From Deltaproteobacteria bacterium (GTDB taxonomy: Bacteria; Desulfobacterota; GWC2-55-46; UBA9637; GWC2-42-11): 53,573 nt of DNA. The notes under the pieces are model-generated. The model made no database searches. It saw only the letters and a program-made list of their open reading frames with translations, and was not told where the DNA came from. Shown one piece after another: positions 1 through 8,209 of this stretch (its first letter is position 1; the number at the start of each line of letters is the position of its first letter). The DNA lies in NCBI GenBank assembly GCA_016234925.1, contig JACRNI010000033.1, forward strand, positions 1 through 53,573. The letters are read 5' to 3'. The translations under genes were made by a program, and so were the position numbers.

Positions 1-29
1 GAGTGTTTGATTTTGCAGGGGATTCTTTT

Positions 30-265
30 GTAGGGGCTTGATTTATCAAGCCCATTATTGCGGGTGTCATAAATGCCACCCCTACATTTTTTGGTTCAAT
101 GAATTGAACCCCTACATCACTCACTGCTATTTTTGGCTTCCATGCCAAAAATTTTATTGTAATCAAACCTAAAGGTTTGAGTTACTGTAACTCAAGGCTT
201 TAGCCTTGAGGTTTTTTCAAGGTATCAGCACAGTCATTATTACGCAGGCTAAAGCCTGCGGCTAC
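30..265. repeat. Cluster of GTAG/GTAA-headed REP-like palindromes
   Basis: gtaggggcttgatttatcaagccc 30-53, gggtgtcataaatgccacccctac 62-85, ggttcaatgaattgaacccctac 93-115, tcaaacctaaaggtttgagttac 163-185, gtaactcaaggctttagccttgag 187-210, cgcaggctaaagcctgcggctac 243-265; 30-85 recurs almost exactly at 31567-31622. Confidence 0.85.
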
Positions 266-311
266 CCCCATCACCTCCTTTCCGACCATATTACCTTTAC
301 CTTTGATAAGT

Positions 312-338
312 ATATCGGATTGGGGAATAAAAACTTTA
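312..338 (-). promoter_or_regulatory. Sigma28 (FliA)-type promoter
   Basis: Minus strand reads TAAAGTTT-N11-TCCGATAT versus consensus TAAAGTTT-N11-GCCGATAA; lies downstream of maf genes; IHF-like TATCAAGATGTTA at 356-368. Confidence 0.7.
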
Positions 339-377
339 GGGAAATTTTTTGAGCGTAACATCTTGATACTATTAAAT

Positions 378-441
378 AATTTACAATAACTAAATCCTAA
401 TGTCTAATTTCTAATAAAATGACCAATGACTAAATTCCCAA
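378..441. repeat. Degenerate heptamer-repeat flank (3' side) of four-helix-bundle gene
   Basis: ctaatttctaataaaatg 404-421 is the exact reverse complement of 808-825; ctaaatcctaat 390-401 pairs with 821-832. Confidence 0.8.
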
Positions 442-810
442 TTTGTTTTTTTGACGCGATTTATTAACAATTGAAGAAAAAATTAAGTTTAATTCATTTG
501 CTTCTCGCCAAAGAATTCTGGCGTCATCTTTGAGTTCAGGCACAGATACAGAAATCATCCTTAACCAATGTTTAGTTTCCTTAGATTCTTTTTTGCAAAT
601 ACCTAATTTGTGTTCAAAATCTTTTTTAGATTCAGCGCAATCGGCTTCACAATAATTTGCGCCAACACTTGTGCCGGCTTTAACCAATTGACTTATTAAA
701 GGAACCGTTATTGTGGTTTTGGGTATCTTTTTTGCGAATTCAATAATATCTTCACCGAACTTTGCTGTCCTATCTTCCAAATCATATTTTGTTTTTTTGA
801 CATTTGACAT
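430..810 (-). CDS. Four-helix-bundle protein (23S rRNA IVS protein / Avd-like family)
   Basis: 126 aa; QLVKAGTSVGANYCEA..AESKKDF.HKL.I..KE.KET..WL motif. Confidence 0.9.
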   Translation of the reverse strand: MSNVKKTKYDLEDRTAKFGEDIIEFAKKIPKTTITVPLISQLVKAGTSVGANYCEADCAESKKDFEHKLGICKKESKETKHWLRMISVSVPELKDDARILWREANELNLIFSSIVNKSRQKNKLGI

Positions 811-841
811 TTTATTAGAAATTAGGATTTAGAAATTGTTT

Positions 842-1447
842 TTATGAATTCTCCTCCCCAAACATCTCTTTTTCAATCTCTTCAAATAACGGCATTACCT
901 CATATTCCAGCAAATCCCCTAAAAGGACCATGTCCTGATTTTCCTGAGCCTTTTTCATCTCTTCCATATTTTTAAGGATACGGCTGTGGTATTTAGAAGG
1001 GTCTTGTTTAAACAGGGTTATGTTGTCAGACATTGCGCCTTTGTTAATGACATCAACTGTCTTTATCCACTGCCTTATGTCATCCAAAGTCTTTGACAGC
1101 ATAAAATGCGCATGTTCTTCATTGCCTGAACGAAGCAGTTTTACAATATTTTCAATATTTGATTTTATTGTATTCAGATATTCCTTTGAATGTTCAAGTG
1201 AAGACAGAAAAAACTCGTTCATTGCAGAGGTGAAAATCTTAATCACCTTTTTTTCTGATAAAAGCGCATCAGCAACCTCTTTAGAATGCCAGTCAGGGAC
1301 TAAACTGCCGTCCATCTCAACAGCAGCAACCAGATGTCTCTCTTTATGGAGTTCTTTCTCCAGAGAATTTATCAGGTCAAAAACAGTCGCCTTTTTATCC
1401 TCGTCAGTAAAATCCAGTTTTGTTTCATCAAGATAGATTTCGGTCAT
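842..1447 (-). CDS. Hypothetical helical protein associated with maf/flagellar loci
   Basis: 201 aa ORF with RBS; C-terminal DMVLLGDLLEYE motif; operon position next to maf genes. Confidence 0.6.
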   Translation of the reverse strand: MTEIYLDETKLDFTDEDKKATVFDLINSLEKELHKERHLVAAVEMDGSLVPDWHSKEVADALLSEKKVIKIFTSAMNEFFLSSLEHSKEYLNTIKSNIENIVKLLRSGNEEHAHFMLSKTLDDIRQWIKTVDVINKGAMSDNITLFKQDPSKYHSRILKNMEEMKKAQENQDMVLLGDLLEYEVMPLFEEIEKEMFGEENS

Positions 1448-1458
1448 GTTTACCTCAT

Positions 1459-1637
1459 GATTACACAGATTTTTTAAACACAGATTACACAGATTAAAAG
1501 TTTGTTGAAAAACTCAACAAACTCTGATTGCACAGATAAAAGATTAGATTTCACAGATTAAAACCCATTGAAATATCTGTGTAATCGCTTTTCCTAATCT
1601 GTGTAATCAAGGCTGTTGATGCCTTTTTCAACAGCCT
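1459..1637. repeat. GATTACACAGATT repeat array, 3' flank of GxxExxY gene, with a nested complete gene-less copy between IS-like ends
   Basis: Direct units at 1459, 1483, 1526, 1547; inverted units at 1575, 1596; gtttgttgaaaaa (1500) and tttttcaacagcc (1624) bracket the inner set. Confidence 0.85.
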
Positions 1638-1638
1638 A

Positions 1639-2007
1639 TTAAAACACTAGTCTTTTCACTTGACAACTCTTATTGCCAAAATTAACCAATAAACCAACTT
1701 TTAGATTAGATGCCTTTAGATAAGAAAGCACCTGATATTCAAAAATTTGTGGAATATTGCCATTCAATGCTTTAAGTTCAACTATAACTTTATTTTCAAT
1801 AATTAAGTCTACAATAAGATTGCCTACTTTTTTGTCTTGATAATAAACATCAAACCGCTTTTCTGTTCTATATTCTAAACCTTCTTGTTCTAAAGTCAGT
1901 TTGAGCGCATTGTGATATACCTTCTCATTAAATCCAGGTCCCAATTCAGAATGAACTTTATAACAACAGGCTATTATTCGTTCTGTAAGAGGGTCTCTAT
2001 CTTTCAT
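1639..2007 (-). CDS. GxxExxY protein (PD-(D/E)XK-like)
   Basis: VHSELGPGFNEKVY..DLIIENKVIVELKA..QVLSYL..GLLVNFG; likely start MKDRDPLTER at 2007 (the ORF extension to 2106 runs through repeats and the maf 3' end). Confidence 0.9.
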   Translation of the reverse strand: MKDRDPLTERIIACCYKVHSELGPGFNEKVYHNALKLTLEQEGLEYRTEKRFDVYYQDKKVGNLIVDLIIENKVIVELKALNGNIPQIFEYQVLSYLKASNLKVGLLVNFGNKSCQVKRLVF

Positions 2008-2038
2008 CTGTGTAATCTGCCTTTTAATCTGTGTAATC
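2006..2038. repeat. Inverted AATCTGTGTAATC units, 5' flank of GxxExxY gene
   Basis: Two units (2006-2017, 2026-2038) complementary to 1459-1495. Confidence 0.85.
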
Positions 2039-2047
2039 AAGACATCA

Positions 2048-3325
2048 TCAGATGTCTGCGCCTCTAATCTCCGCCCCATTGCTTGTGGCATTGAGCCATT
2101 TGACATCTTTGTGTTCCGCTATATACCTTTCTAATTCCCTTAAATATGCTATTAGATTTTTGGAACTCCACAGCATTTTGCCGTCTTTGCCTTTTATCTG
2201 TCTGTAAAGGGGCAGTGTCTTTATCTCCCGCCTGTATAAAACCCCTTCTGAATGGCTGTATCCATTAGAATATGAAAAGTCCGCGCCAATAAAGGTAATG
2301 GGATTGCACCCCATTTTATACGCAAGGTCAACTGCTGCGTGAATTACAGAGCCTCCGGAATATAAAATACCCTTTTCAACCTGCTCATCTGTTAATGGAT
2401 TATCCAAAGTTAAAAATGCCATATATCTCTTGCCTTTCCATGCCTCTAATACACCCGGATCTACCATAGGTCTGTATATAAGGCTTCCTTTTGCTGGCAG
2501 TCCTTTGAAAAACTCAGGCATATCTGACAGCGGGTCTATGGAAACAACATAGTCTATGTCAATGCCTGCTGCAACTAAAGGCTTGTATGCAGCATCAACT
2601 GTGATGATTATAGGAAAATAGGGTTCAAGGGTTCGAGGGTTCGAGTAGCCGCAGGCTTTAGCCTGCGTTAACGCACCCATAAAGGGTGCGGCTGCCAATA
2701 TATTCTCTATATCTTTAGCAAGCGACGGCCCCGCGCCTGCGACAATGCACGGTTTATTTTTATAAATCCCAAAAAGTTCCTTAACGGCTTTGTCATTTCT
2801 GCCGGTCTCCCAGTTTGCAGCAAGATTGCCTTTCAGCAAACCGTCCATCTTTTCCCAATGTTCCTCTATAAACCCTTTGTAAAGCCCTTCTTCAAGCATA
2901 TCCCGCAAAGGGGCAAAATCAGGGGATGCAATCTTTAATGAAGGAGGATGAGAGATGACCAGTATATCTTTCACCTCTCCTTGTTTCATAATATCCGTAA
3001 GTCTTCTTAAATCAAGGAGCAGTTCTATGCGCTCATCTTGAAATATCGGTTCATAGTCAAAATACTTGAACGTTTCCTTAAATAAAGACAGGTTTGTCGG
3101 GAATATATAAAGTTTTTTTATTGCAGGCAGTTCCTTTAATATCTCATTTATAAAATAATCCGCGCCCCATCCGAACAGGATTGCCTTTGGTTTAACCTTG
3201 TCCTTATAGTTTGAAAGAAAATCCCTTATGTCCTTTATTGGGTCGTATTTGCTGTGTATGTAAAGGTTGTTGAATTTAAGCGTCAGAAGACCTGTTCGGG
3301 TCTTTTCAATTTCTACCTGTTTCAC
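2048..3325 (-). CDS. Motility-associated factor (Maf, DUF115) glycosyltransferase-like protein
   Basis: IHSKYDP N-terminus, IVAGAGPSL, GGSV...AVDLAYKMGCNPITFIGADFSY, NAT..GA.I.G; carries an in-frame REP insertion. Confidence 0.85.
   Translation of the reverse strand: MKQVEIEKTRTGLLTLKFNNLYIHSKYDPIKDIRDFLSNYKDKVKPKAILFGWGADYFINEILKELPAIKKLYIFPTNLSLFKETFKYFDYEPIFQDERIELLLDLRRLTDIMKQGEVKDILVISHPPSLKIASPDFAPLRDMLEEGLYKGFIEEHWEKMDGLLKGNLAANWETGRNDKAVKELFGIYKNKPCIVAGAGPSLAKDIENILAAAPFMGALTQAKACGYSNPRTLEPYFPIIITVDAAYKPLVAAGIDIDYVVSIDPLSDMPEFFKGLPAKGSLIYRPMVDPGVLEAWKGKRYMAFLTLDNPLTDEQVEKGILYSGGSVIHAAVDLAYKMGCNPITFIGADFSYSNGYSHSEGVLYRREIKTLPLYRQIKGKDGKMLWSSKNLIAYLRELERYIAEHKDVKWLNATSNGAEIRGADI
2620..2695. 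repeat. In-frame insertion: 8-mer repeats (agggttcg) plus REP doublet
   Basis: gtagccgcaggctttagcctgcg 2645-2667 and cgcacccataaagggtgcggctgc 2672-2695, nearly identical to intergenic 18368-18420; translated as AAAPFMGALTQAKACGYSNPRTLEP. Confidence 0.85.
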
Positions 3326-5228
3326 TCTTTACCTCTGCCTGCATCTCCTCTATCTCCTCAATCGCCTTATCCAGTTTTGGCAGATACATATCGCATGCCT
3401 CAATTACACATTTATATGACTCTGCAACTATATTCAGGTCTTTTTCAAACTGTTTCTCCATATCCTCGTCAAGTTCCTTTCTTAAATATTCCTTTAACTG
3501 ATATGTGGGGTTTGTTACAATCTCCCACAGAAATGCGGCGTCTTCTGATTTATCAAAGAGTTTCTTTTCCAGTTTTTTAATCCTGTCTGTATGTTTTTTA
3601 AATTCATGCGTCATGCCCTTTGCCTTAAAAATCTTGTCTATAATCTTTGTCTCTTTATTTATCGCCTTTGCCGATATGCGGATGCCCTTAACCGCATCTT
3701 TCACCTTTGTAAAAGAATCTATGAGTCCCGCAAAATCAACTTTTGGCTTGTCTTTTTCAACATCAGATATGACATCCTCTATGGATGTTTCTTTATTTAT
3801 GCTGTATTTTTCTATGGCTTCAATAAGTTTAATATGCTCCATGCCCTCTATATATGCCCCGCCCTCTGTCGCATTCACAACAATTTCGGAAGGATGCTCC
3901 TTTTTAAGCCATGCCATATAGTTTTCAAACCACTGATGAAATGTAACCCAGTCATACTTACTGGCAACCCATTCTTCGTTAAGACCTTTCAGCCAGAGGA
4001 CACTGTGTTCCTGAACATATTTTACATCCCCTGAGAGATACATATAATCATAATCAACTTTTACTAAACCTTTTTCCTTATCTATCACTATACTTTTCTC
4101 TTTATACACAGTGCCGTCTGTATAACCCTTGCCTTCACTGAATGAGAGGTCCTGTCCAATAAATACAATGGGATTGCACCCGAACATAAGACCCATATCA
4201 AGCGCAGTGGTTGTAACGCTGCCCCCGCTTGACGGGAAATAACAACTCCCCCATAATTTCATCTGCTCAGCGCTTAAATTTACATATTGGTCATAAAATA
4301 CAAATTTGCCCTTAACATCACTTTTAAACACATTTGGATGAGACAGGTCTCCGAGTATAAGCCTTATCTCCTTATCCTCTTTCCCATTTGTAAAATATTC
4401 AGCAAGGTCTATCTTTTCCGACGCTATAAGAAAATGGGGGATGACGCCGAAATTAAGAAGGGGTTTATAAGCAGTTATGGCGGCGATGATTACTGCCTTG
4501 TCTTTTATATCCTTTAAAAGACGGGCGTTCTTTTTAAGGGAAGGGCCTGCGCCAACAATCACAAGGGGTGTGTCCTTGAACCTGCCATGCAATGCATCTA
4601 TTGCCCTGTATTTTGCAAAGTATTTTAGATTTGCAAGATAATTGTCATTCCACATAACCCTTGATGTTATCTCTGTCTTGATCAGCACCTTATTTGTTAT
4701 ATAGGCGTTCTGCACCCTGTTTGTAAATGCCCTCAATTCTTCAGAAAATGCCTGCTTGTAAGGAGGGGTGTAATAGACAAGCAAATCTTCCATGCCTTCA
4801 GTATGATTTCTTACAGTATCGCCCAGATTATTAAGCGTGTGGCAGAGATGAAAGGAATCTTTTGAAAGCACATCTTTCAGGTCAACTGTTGAAAGCACAG
4901 ATTTTAATATCTCAAGGCGCGGCTCATAAACAATAATCTTTTCTTTCCCTTTTTCCATGAGGAGTCTTGGGATATATGAGCAACCCATGCCGAATAAAAA
5001 CACCCAGTCAAATTTTGATTTGATTATGGCTTCAACCTGCTGATTCGCCTCTTTCCACGGGTCATAGGAACTGTGAAAGTATTTGCCGTTGTATTTGAAT
5101 GTGTCGTCTCCTGTTTTTGTCTTTTCAATCTGGACAGGTTCAACGGCTGGCGATAATTCAAGGGCATCAGCAAGCGCCTTGTTTTTTTTCCTTAATGCCT
5201 CAATGTTTGTATTGAATGTTTGGTTCAT
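3306..5228 (-). CDS. Motility-associated factor (Maf, DUF115) flagellin glycosyltransferase-like protein
   Basis: FHSSYDP, IVGAGPSL, GGSVTT..LD.....GCNPIVFIGQDLSF, NATEGGAYIEG; helical C-terminus. Confidence 0.9.
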   Translation of the reverse strand: MNQTFNTNIEALRKKNKALADALELSPAVEPVQIEKTKTGDDTFKYNGKYFHSSYDPWKEANQQVEAIIKSKFDWVFLFGMGCSYIPRLLMEKGKEKIIVYEPRLEILKSVLSTVDLKDVLSKDSFHLCHTLNNLGDTVRNHTEGMEDLLVYYTPPYKQAFSEELRAFTNRVQNAYITNKVLIKTEITSRVMWNDNYLANLKYFAKYRAIDALHGRFKDTPLVIVGAGPSLKKNARLLKDIKDKAVIIAAITAYKPLLNFGVIPHFLIASEKIDLAEYFTNGKEDKEIRLILGDLSHPNVFKSDVKGKFVFYDQYVNLSAEQMKLWGSCYFPSSGGSVTTTALDMGLMFGCNPIVFIGQDLSFSEGKGYTDGTVYKEKSIVIDKEKGLVKVDYDYMYLSGDVKYVQEHSVLWLKGLNEEWVASKYDWVTFHQWFENYMAWLKKEHPSEIVVNATEGGAYIEGMEHIKLIEAIEKYSINKETSIEDVISDVEKDKPKVDFAGLIDSFTKVKDAVKGIRISAKAINKETKIIDKIFKAKGMTHEFKKHTDRIKKLEKKLFDKSEDAAFLWEIVTNPTYQLKEYLRKELDEDMEKQFEKDLNIVAESYKCVIEACDMYLPKLDKAIEEIEEMQAEVKSETGRN

Positions 5229-5235
5229 AGTTAAA

Positions 5236-5357
5236 TACAGGTAGAGAAAACTACAGGTAGAGTGTAATACAGGTAGAGAGTAATACAGGTAGAGTATTTT
5301 TTACTTTATCTTTACCTGCCTCACCCTTTGCCTGCCTCACCCTTTACCTGCCTCTCT
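5236..5357. repeat. 16-bp-period repeat arrays, 3' flank of second four-helix-bundle gene
   Basis: tacaggtagag x4 at 5236, 5252, 5268, 5284; ctttacctgcctcacc-like x3 at 5310, 5326, 5342; 5277-5291 is the exact reverse complement of 5758-5772. Confidence 0.85.
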
Positions 5358-5742
5358 ATCTGTCTTTACTCCTTTTGAGGGATATTATAACTTTATTTAT
5401 CTCATTATCTTTATTTATCTCATTATATACTTTGGATAATCTTTTATTAAGTTTTTCAGAAATGTTTTTATTAAAATACCCCACCCTGATCCCGTATTCC
5501 AAATGACTTTGTGTTTCAGTAACCGAACCTCTGGCAAAGTAGTAAAAGTTGATTTTATCAAGTATATGATTTCGGCCATATGCCTCAGCAATATTAGCAG
5601 AAATACTTAAAGCAGCCCTTCTAATTTGTGAAGTAAAACCATAATCTTCTTTCTTTGGAAGATTCTCTGTAAATTTAAAAAGTTCCTCTGCAACATCCAT
5701 TGCTTCTTGTCAAATAGACATATCTTTAAAAGATTTATACAT
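5356..5742 (-). pseudogene. Four-helix-bundle protein with premature TGA
   Basis: Frame from ATG 5742 reads MYKSFKDMSI*QEAMDVAE..LPKKEDYGFTSQIRRAALSISANIAEAYGR; TGA (5710-5712) replaces the Trp of the FxDLxVWQ motif; 18-bp tandem duplication 5391-5426. Confidence 0.8.
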
Positions 5743-5776
5743 CTCTTCCTCTACCTTTACCTGTATTACTCTTTAC

Positions 5777-7789
5777 CTATCTTTTTTCTCCTGTAACCGA
5801 AAACCTTATCGTATTATGCCCCCTCCAGACCCAGTATGCTGTGTCGTCTATCTCGCCTATTGAATGATAGACCCTTAAAAAAAACTTGTCATCTACTCCT
5901 TGGTAATGCAGAAGCGGGACTGAAAATAATTGCGCCTTGTCAGTATCAATGCGGATTGACTTTTCCTTGTCGCCGATTGCAAGCCAGCCCTCTGTTGCGC
6001 CAAGACAACTTGATGCAGATACTGTCGGACTCACTGATTCATCGTGTTTCACAACATGCCCGTTCAGATGAAATTTTTCAGGATATAAGCCGCCGTTCAC
6101 TGTCTCAAACCAGAGGCTTTCTTTGTCAAAAACATCGGGCATGATGGTAAATATCCCAAGCCTCAAACACGAGGCAGAAAGTCCGTTGACCTTTAATCTA
6201 TATGTAATATCCACCTGCGGCTTTGATTTGTAAATATCATACTCTTTTAAAACCGTCCCTATTTCAATTGGGATTAAACATGAAACATTAAACCTGTCTT
6301 CGAATTCATTTACCTTTGGCTCAACCTTTTTAAGGTCTGTTATCTTTTTGCCGTCCTTTGCCACATTTATTAAATGACCGGTGAAAAAATCAGCGCCGTA
6401 ATGGACATCGTCATAATAGCCGTGTTCAAGCGTGCCGATAAACGGCTCTTTGCATACTTCGGGAAATGCAAGGGATTTTATTGCCAGCCCCTTGTCGCAG
6501 AGAAATTCAATAGATGTCTTTTCTGTGTTAATCTTTAAGATATTGTCTTTTAGTTGAAACTTTTTAGTTTTGACTTTTGACTTTTGACTTTTGACTTTTG
6601 ACTTTTGACTTTTGACCTCTGTCTCATACTGCAGCCAGCCCATCTTATTCTGAAAATCCAAAAATTTCTCATCTGTTGTGGATGTCCTGAAATCGCTTGC
6701 CCAGAGAAAGCAGAGGGTCTCTTTAAATTCATTAAGTCTATCCTTTGAAACATTTTTTGAAATCTCTAAAATATTTTTATATGCCTGCTCGCACTGGGTA
6801 TTTATATGAACATTGTCCCTGCCTGCAGCCGCCCATCTTGTTGGATTATATTTTTCCTGCTTTTTGCATGGCAGCGGTGTTTCAGGAGATTCAAGATTTA
6901 TCTTATTAAAAGATAATGCTTCCTTACTTTTGCCTTTTGCCTTTTGCCTTTTGCCTTCTTTTATTATCTCGCTTGGCAAAATAAATGCCATCTCTTTATC
7001 TTCAGAAAGTTTCTCAAACAATTCCCTGATTCTATCGTATTCACCTTTCACATCCTTATATTCCCCGGGCCTGTAATCAAATATTTCAGCGTCATTCCCG
7101 TAGATGGGGAAAAAACAGTCGCGGGCCGCAGATTGCGTAGGGGCTTGATTCATCAAGCCCGATTGCTGCTGGTCAAAATGTGAATATAAAAATTTCAAAT
7201 ACTCATCTTGAGACAATTCGCCGTGAACGCATCTTTGAAATTTTTGAAACGCAATGGAGTGGCTCCAGACAACAGTTATATCGTTTTTAATGCCAGCGGC
7301 TGTCTGCGGGAAATAAAGATATTCCTTTGGATAATGGTTATACTGACAGCAGTTATTCCAGTCCATTATAATTGCCTCGTAACCTGCGTCTTTGTATAAA
7401 TCTACAAGCCCTTTTGAATAGACTTGCTCATTTACAAGCGCAATTGCCGGATACCTTCCCAAAAGTTTATTATAATACTTATTGCCGATTTCAAGATTCC
7501 ATTTGTTCACTTGAGCAGGCATAAGAGGCATGATCGCCTGCGAATAGCCTGAGCCTATAAACTCGCATTTGCCTTCGTTCCAGAGTTCTTTTAGCCTCTG
7601 CCTGAATTCAGGACTAATCCTGCTTACCTCTTTAAGCGTCCATGCGGACATCTCAATTGCAGCAGGAAACCCGTGCTCGCACAGTTTCAAGATAGGCCAA
7701 TAGCATCTCTCAACAACTTGCGGAAAATGCTCCTTTGGTATTGCGGAAAATGCAAGGTTGCAGTGAAATATGGTATAAAGATAAAACAT
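5777..7789 (-). CDS. GH57-like / carbohydrate-active (beta/alpha)7 protein
   Basis: 670 aa; FHCNLAFS..Y.P, EFIGSGYSQAIMPL, NEQ, DAE motifs typical of GH57-like N-terminal domains; three in-frame repeat insertions. Confidence 0.65.
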   Translation of the reverse strand: MFYLYTIFHCNLAFSAIPKEHFPQVVERCYWPILKLCEHGFPAAIEMSAWTLKEVSRISPEFRQRLKELWNEGKCEFIGSGYSQAIMPLMPAQVNKWNLEIGNKYYNKLLGRYPAIALVNEQVYSKGLVDLYKDAGYEAIIMDWNNCCQYNHYPKEYLYFPQTAAGIKNDITVVWSHSIAFQKFQRCVHGELSQDEYLKFLYSHFDQQQSGLMNQAPTQSAARDCFFPIYGNDAEIFDYRPGEYKDVKGEYDRIRELFEKLSEDKEMAFILPSEIIKEGKRQKAKGKSKEALSFNKINLESPETPLPCKKQEKYNPTRWAAAGRDNVHINTQCEQAYKNILEISKNVSKDRLNEFKETLCFLWASDFRTSTTDEKFLDFQNKMGWLQYETEVKSQKSKVKSQKSKVKTKKFQLKDNILKINTEKTSIEFLCDKGLAIKSLAFPEVCKEPFIGTLEHGYYDDVHYGADFFTGHLINVAKDGKKITDLKKVEPKVNEFEDRFNVSCLIPIEIGTVLKEYDIYKSKPQVDITYRLKVNGLSASCLRLGIFTIMPDVFDKESLWFETVNGGLYPEKFHLNGHVVKHDESVSPTVSASSCLGATEGWLAIGDKEKSIRIDTDKAQLFSVPLLHYQGVDDKFFLRVYHSIGEIDDTAYWVWRGHNTIRFSVTGEKR
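6568..6616. repeat. Perfect heptanucleotide tandem repeat (ttttgac)7 in CDS
   Basis: Seven exact units; translated VKSQKSKVKSQKSKVK. Confidence 0.95.
6927..6954. repeat. Heptanucleotide tandem repeat (cttttgc)4 in CDS
   Basis: Four exact units; translated GKRQKAKGK. Confidence 0.9.
7137..7160. repeat. Single GTAG REP inserted in frame, flanked by gattgc direct repeats
   Basis: gattgc-gtaggggcttgattcatcaagccc-gattgc; same family as 30-53 and 8125-8148. Confidence 0.85.
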
Positions 7790-7792
7790 GGC

Positions 7793-8016
7793 TTAACCCT
7801 TAATCCAATCCTCCCATGCGCCGATAACACTCAAAAGACCTTTCTTTTTTTCAGGCATTATAGTTCCTTCTATGCTCTCCAACTCCTTTATATTAACCAA
7901 TGCCGCCATTGGCTTGCCTTTTTTTCTATTATAAAATGCTTGCCCTCTCGGGCAACCTCAATCATAACCTCAGAGAAATGCCTTTTAACCTCTGCAACCC
8001 CGATAACCTTTGACAT
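7793..8016 (-). pseudogene. Phd/YefM-family antitoxin, frameshifted, no cognate toxin
   Basis: MSKVIGVAEVKRHFSEVMIEVAREGKHFIIEK then KGKPMAALV in another frame; A7 run at 7919-7925 is one base short; strong RBS. Confidence 0.75.
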
Positions 8017-8080
8017 ATCCAGCCCCTCCTTTATAATATAAATACCATAATGACATTATGGTGAAAATAGGGACACCAAG

Positions 8081-8194
8081 CTGTCCCAAAATGTAGGGGT
8101 TCAATTTATTGAACCCGATATATTGGGCTTGATAAATCAAGCCCCTACAATATTTTGGGGTAGAATTGATTTTTATGAGAATTTTGGGACAACC
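8081..8194. repeat. REP doublet enclosed by IS-like terminal inverted repeats
   Basis: ctgtcccaaaat ... attttgggacaa enclosing gtaggggttcaatttattgaaccc (8093-8116) and gggcttgataaatcaagcccctac (8125-8148). Confidence 0.75.
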
Positions 8195-8209
8195 TGACAC
8201 TCCCATTTT

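Noticed and set aside
1459-1608. GATTACACAGATT arrays as CRISPR or plasmid iterons
   Set aside because: Units are 13 bp, occur in inverted pairs, and are dispersed; no cas or rep gene.
5236-5357. Regularly spaced repeats as a CRISPR array
   Set aside because: Period is 16 bp with about 5-bp spacers and inverted partners; no cas genes.
5710-5712. TGA as selenocysteine or alternative genetic code
   Set aside because: It aligns with a conserved Trp, other genes use TGA as stop, and the gene has a second lesion; simple TGG-to-TGA mutation is more likely.
430-5742. Diversity-generating retroelement suggested by Avd-like four-helix proteins
   Set aside because: No reverse transcriptase; the duplicated segments (16186/18549, 7733/9165) differ at mixed, largely synonymous positions rather than only at adenines.
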